A stretch of 64,000 nt of DNA from an uncultured Actinomycetota bacterium. Lineage in GTDB: Bacteria; Actinomycetota; Thermoleophilia; Solirubrobacterales; Solirubrobacteraceae. Shown piece by piece: positions 60,525-64,000 of this stretch. The number at the start of each line of letters is the position of its first letter. Position 1 is the first letter of the stretch. The translations under genes were made by a program, and so were the position numbers. The stretch lies in NCBI GenBank assembly GCA_963850325.1, contig CAWKLB010000006.1, positions 91,136-155,135 of the forward strand, written 5' to 3'. Below the pieces are notes generated by a model. It was not told the DNA's origin. It searched no databases and saw only the letters and a list, made by a program, of their open reading frames with translations.

Positions 60525-60707
60525 ATGATCCCCCGAGACATCTACGACGACATGCCGGATGGCGCTACCCAGCGTCAGCACAACAAGAAGCGACTGGCTG
60601 ATCTCGAGCGTGACGGCGCTGCCCGCCGCGCCCGCCTCGCCCAGGTGATCGCGCTTGAGGAGCTGTGGCACGAGGTCGTCCAGGCGCACACCAAGCACGT
60701 CCTGTAG
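60525..60707 (+). CDS. Small hypothetical protein (60 aa)
   Basis: Strong CAAGGAG RBS 7 nt before ATG; no family recognised. Confidence 0.5.
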   Translation: MIPRDIYDDMPDGATQRQHNKKRLADLERDGAARRARLAQVIALEELWHEVVQAHTKHVL

Positions 60708-61414
60708 TCGCTGACGGCGACCGACTCGGGCCTCGCCGCCGGTCCGGTGATCTCCAGCACGTGGACGTTGTTGATCAGGTCCTCGACGGCCGGCCGGCTG
60801 TCAGGGCGCCGCTCGCGGAACTCGGCGAAGGTGTCGGGCTCGAAGTGGTCGGCCACGAGTACGTGGCCGTCGACCTCCATGAACCGCGGCCAGAACAGCC
60901 CGGCCAGGTCCTGCGCGGCCCAGTGGTTACCGGGCTCGATCAGCTCGAGCACCGCATGGAGGAGCTGCGCGAAGCGGTCAGCGTCGTTCACGGCGTGCGA
61001 GGCCTGATAGACGGTCTTGGCCATCGCGGTCCTCGCATTGGCATCCAGGGCCATCTTCATCGCGCCCGCGGCCCGTGCCCGGCGGTACGCCGCGTCGTAC
61101 TCGGCTCGCCGGGCGGCCACTGACTCGATCTGCTCCTGGAGCGTCCAGGCGCGCTCGTCCAGATCCTGCTCCAGGCGCTCGACGTCGTCACGCGGAGGGC
61201 CACCGTAGCGGTGGTTGACCAGATCATCGACGGTCTCCTCCAGCAGCGGCTTGGACAGCCGGGCCGCGCGGACGGCCGCGACCGCTGCGGCAATGGCAAC
61301 GTCGCGCTGCGTTTGCTCGGGCGCGTCGAGCAGGCGAGTGGCGAGCTCAGCGCCGACGGCGGTCTCGAGTGGTCGCACGGGCCTCCGGGGAAGAGGGCTT
61401 GGTGGTGATGTCAT
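60575..61414 (-). CDS. Hypothetical protein, possibly two-domain; 3' end uncertain
   Basis: Long ORF with plausible codon usage; overlaps the + strand small ORF antisense by ~130 nt. Confidence 0.55.
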   Translation of the reverse strand: MTSPPSPLPRRPVRPLETAVGAELATRLLDAPEQTQRDVAIAAAVAAVRAARLSKPLLEETVDDLVNHRYGGPPRDDVERLEQDLDERAWTLQEQIESVAARRAEYDAAYRRARAAGAMKMALDANARTAMAKTVYQASHAVNDADRFAQLLHAVLELIEPGNHWAAQDLAGLFWPRFMEVDGHVLVADHFEPDTFAEFRERRPDSRPAVEDLINNVHVLEITGPAARPESVAVSDYRTCLVCAWTTSCHSSSSAITWARRARRAAPSRSRSASRFLLC

Positions 61415-62729
61415 GATGGCGCGTATGGCCGCGGAACGGGTCCAGACCGGCACTTCGGTCGGGCGCCTGGCATCGCTCGTCGGCTCGTATGCACGGCGGG
61501 TCTCGCCGGCCGTGCTGGATCAGCACCGAGAGGGCTCGGTGTCATCTGCGCTGGGGGTGTGGCTGCTCTTGGCCGCCTGCGCTCCGGCGGCGCAGGGGTC
61601 TGACCGCGCGGCTCTGGAGGAGGCAGTGGGGTGCTCGGCCGCGGAGGCGGCCCGGTTGCTGGCTGCCTTCATGGCGGATCCTCCGGAAGCGCTGCACGCC
61701 GCGATCGCCCTGTGGGTTGCCGTGGACGACGCGACGGACGAGCTGGCTGCGTGGACGCGTGGCCTGCCTGGCGAGGTTGAGTCGGGGTCCATGCCGTCTC
61801 AGGCGGAAGCGGACGCCTGGGCCGACCGCAAGACGCTCGGGCTCATCCGGAAGTTCCCAATGGAGATCGATGAGTTCACGCGGATCGTGCTGGCGTCGGC
61901 GCTGGCGACGAAGGTGAAGTGGGAGGTGCCGTTCGAGGTGGTCCCGGCGGCTGAGCACCGCGGCGTTGCGAGCCCGTGGAACGGTGCGGTGTCTCGGGTC
62001 CTGTGGGACGGGAGCGCTGATAGCCGGGCGATGATCGCGCGGACGGATGCGGCGGGGGTGGTCGCGGTCCACTGTGCGGTGGCCCGCGAGGATGTGACCG
62101 TGGTCTCGGTGTCCGGAGCCCCGGAGGTGGATCGGATTGCGATGCTCGCCGGCGCGTATGAGGTCGCCGGGACGGTGTGCGGGGAGTGGGGGAAGGGTGC
62201 GTGCTCGTTGTTTGACCTGCCCCTGGGCACCGGCCACTCCTGGGAGATCTCCGAGCGGGAGGTGCCGGTGTTCGTGCCCGAGCCCCGGATCGAGCGCGTC
62301 GCCGGCGCCGCCCTGCCCGCCTGGCACGTGGAGGGGACGCTCGACCTCACGCGGTCCTCAGCCTTTGGGACGGGACCGGCGCTCGATGCTGTTCGCCAGA
62401 TGATCGGCCCCCGGCCCGATGACGAGTGCCAGGCCACCCAAGCCGCCGTCGCCTCCTTCACGCGGTACGGCTTCGAGGCCGCAGCGGTGACGGCGCTCGG
62501 GATTCGCACGGCCGCCCTGCGCCGCCCGCAGGAGCACGCGATCCAACGCACCGCCGTGCTGCGGTTCGACCACCCCTACGCCGCCGTTGCGATCTCAGGC
62601 CGGCCGGCGGGAGTGCTGCGGGGCATGTCGGTCGGGTCGCCAGGGCCCGACTCGCCGTTCCCCGGACTGCCGCTGTTCGCCGCCTGGGTCCACGAGCCGA
62701 TCGAGCCCGAGGACCGGCCGCCCTCATAG
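61413..62729 (+). CDS. Divergent serpin-like protein
   Basis: SSALGVWLLLAACAPAA; DAWADRKTLGLI...IVLASAL...KWEVPF; YGFEAAAVTA hinge; RFDHPY. Confidence 0.7.
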   Translation: MMARMAAERVQTGTSVGRLASLVGSYARRVSPAVLDQHREGSVSSALGVWLLLAACAPAAQGSDRAALEEAVGCSAAEAARLLAAFMADPPEALHAAIALWVAVDDATDELAAWTRGLPGEVESGSMPSQAEADAWADRKTLGLIRKFPMEIDEFTRIVLASALATKVKWEVPFEVVPAAEHRGVASPWNGAVSRVLWDGSADSRAMIARTDAAGVVAVHCAVAREDVTVVSVSGAPEVDRIAMLAGAYEVAGTVCGEWGKGACSLFDLPLGTGHSWEISEREVPVFVPEPRIERVAGAALPAWHVEGTLDLTRSSAFGTGPALDAVRQMIGPRPDDECQATQAAVASFTRYGFEAAAVTALGIRTAALRRPQEHAIQRTAVLRFDHPYAAVAISGRPAGVLRGMSVGSPGPDSPFPGLPLFAAWVHEPIEPEDRPPS

Positions 62730-62784
62730 CGCCCCTCCCGCCGATCCCCGCGCGCCGTTCGAGACCCTTAGAATCGCCCGACAC

Positions 62785-62857
62785 GCGGACGTAGCTCAGT
62801 TGGTAGAGCGTCGGCTTCCCAAGCCGAAGGTCGCGGGTTCGACCCCCGTCGTCCGCT
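62785..62857 (+). tRNA. tRNA-Gly (anticodon CCC), CCA not encoded
   Basis: GCGGAC/GTCCGC acceptor stem; AGCTCAGTTGGTAGAGC D-arm; TCGGC-TTCCCAA-GCCGA anticodon arm; GGTTCGAC T-loop; upstream TAGAAT -10. Confidence 0.97.
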
Positions 62858-63007
62858 TAGCTGAAGTGCCTGCAAATGAGGCCGTTTGAGTTTGTAGCGG
62901 AATGCTACGAGCTGAGCGGGCAACTTTCGCGGGCAACGATTTTGCTTGTTGGGGCCCGCAGGACTTGATCGCTCGATCAGCGAGGTCCGGGAGCGTGTTA
63001 GTTAGTC

Positions 63008-63508
63008 CTAGCCGCACTTGGTGGCCGCTACGAACTGAGTCGTCGCAGTTTTCACCGCGGCGACCTCGCCCGGGAGCTGTTGAAGCGCCGACGCGCGAGT
63101 GCTCGAGCTCGTCAACTGCTTGATCGAGTTGTAGAGCATTGTGAGCGAGCTCTTCAGCGCAGCGGTCTGGGCCGTGAAAGCCGTCTTGACTGCCGCGATC
63201 GCCATCTGTCCGGTGCTGTAAACGTTCTTGATGCTCGAGATGATCGCGCTCAAGCTGCCCTTTTCCTTCAGCTGCGCGGCAGCGTTCTTGAGGTTATTGA
63301 CGTCCGTGCAGTACGCCGGCTGGCTGCCGCTTGCCGCTGTCGTGCTGCTGCTGCTGCTGCTGCTTGCCGCTCCCGTGCTCCTGCTGCTGCTGCTGCTTGT
63401 GCTGCTGCTCCCGCACCCCGCAAACAACGCCGCGGCCATGAGCGCGAGTATGAGCATCGCTGCAAGGCGCTGACGACAAACGCCGGTGCCCGACGATCGG
63501 TCAATCAT
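63008..63508 (-). CDS. Ser-rich lipoprotein of unknown function
   Basis: Lipobox FAGC, poly-Ser linker from (AGC)n runs, terminal Cys pair YC...KC. Confidence 0.7.
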   Translation of the reverse strand: MIDRSSGTGVCRQRLAAMLILALMAAALFAGCGSSSTSSSSSRSTGAASSSSSSSTTAASGSQPAYCTDVNNLKNAAAQLKEKGSLSAIISSIKNVYSTGQMAIAAVKTAFTAQTAALKSSLTMLYNSIKQLTSSSTRASALQQLPGEVAAVKTATTQFVAATKCG

Positions 63509-63799
63509 GAAGCGTCACGCTAGTGCCGACCTGGCAAGGCCCCATCATCCGATGCGGGTGATTCGGCCTCGGACCAGCCCAGGAGGTTTGCGTTGCCCAG
63601 TGCTGCTAGGTGCGAACCGAACGTTCAGGGTCGATCCAGCACGTGCGGTCGGCCGCGGAACCGATCGGAATCTCCGTCAGCTGCTGTTGCACATCCGCCG
63701 CCCAGAGGCGGCGACGACTCGGAGAGCGCTTCATCATCCGACAACTCGCTGATGGCTCGTACTTTGTCAGGGCGACGCGGCGGGCCGACGTGGTGAGTT

Positions 63800-63880
63800 G
63801 GCTGCTGGTGGCGGCGGGGCGGTTGTAGAAAGAGGAGCAGCTGGTGGCGGCGGCGCGGTTGTAGGAAGAGCAACAGCACG
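63800..63880. repeat. Imperfect ~36-bp tandem duplication
   Basis: GCTGCTGGTGGCGGCGGGGCGGTTGTAGAAAGAG followed by GCAGCTGGTGGCGGCGGCGCGGTTGTAGGAAGAG. Confidence 0.65.
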
Positions 63881-64000
63881 TGAGCTTACGGGCGCTCGCT
63901 GACTCGCGACGTGCGTCGGCGGTGCAAGGAGGATCACGATGACGGCAGCGACTGCGCCGGCCGTGGCCGCGGCTTTCACGACCGGCCCCGGGCGACGACG

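Noticed and set aside
63593-63979. Several short ORFs at the right end
   Set aside because: Mutually overlapping, low-complexity and repeat-derived; none has a recognisable motif or RBS

Overview
A very high-GC bacterial chromosome window, inferred to be Actinomycetota, class Thermoleophilia (Solirubrobacterales/Conexibacter-like). That inference rests on gap-pgk-tpiA-gpmI, rlmH, CcmH/TlpA-type heme biogenesis and frequent leaderless-type starts. Most of the window is housekeeping or metabolic: an ECF42-type sigma/YciI pair, desaturase-cfa, a form II-like coxSLM-DE-xdhC-mocA-coxG molybdoenzyme cluster, gpgS, an ABC-F, uvrC, rapZ, glycolysis genes, hsp20, tgt, a Ser/Thr kinase, argS and tRNA-Gly(CCC). 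I saw no CRISPR array, rRNA, transposase or integrase. The most notable unexplained signals are: (1) a family of long palindromic intergenic elements, one a 155-bp MITE-like unit with TIRs and a TAA duplication in the coxM stop; (2) a hairpin-flanked DUF559 nuclease gene; (3) a translationally coupled LLM oxidoreductase, acyl-CoA ligase and ACP-less FabF operon; (4) a short Ppx/GppA coupled to an HD protein whose motif reads HC; (5) a divergent serpin in a variable patch beside tRNA-Gly; (6) a TGT with a GGSLG pocket; (7) an orphan response regulator lacking the phosphoacceptor Asp; (8) an ArgS with no HIGH histidines; and (9) a frameshift in coxG. All family assignments come from motif recognition by eye, with no database searches. 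Several start codons are my own refinements of the supplied ORF track.
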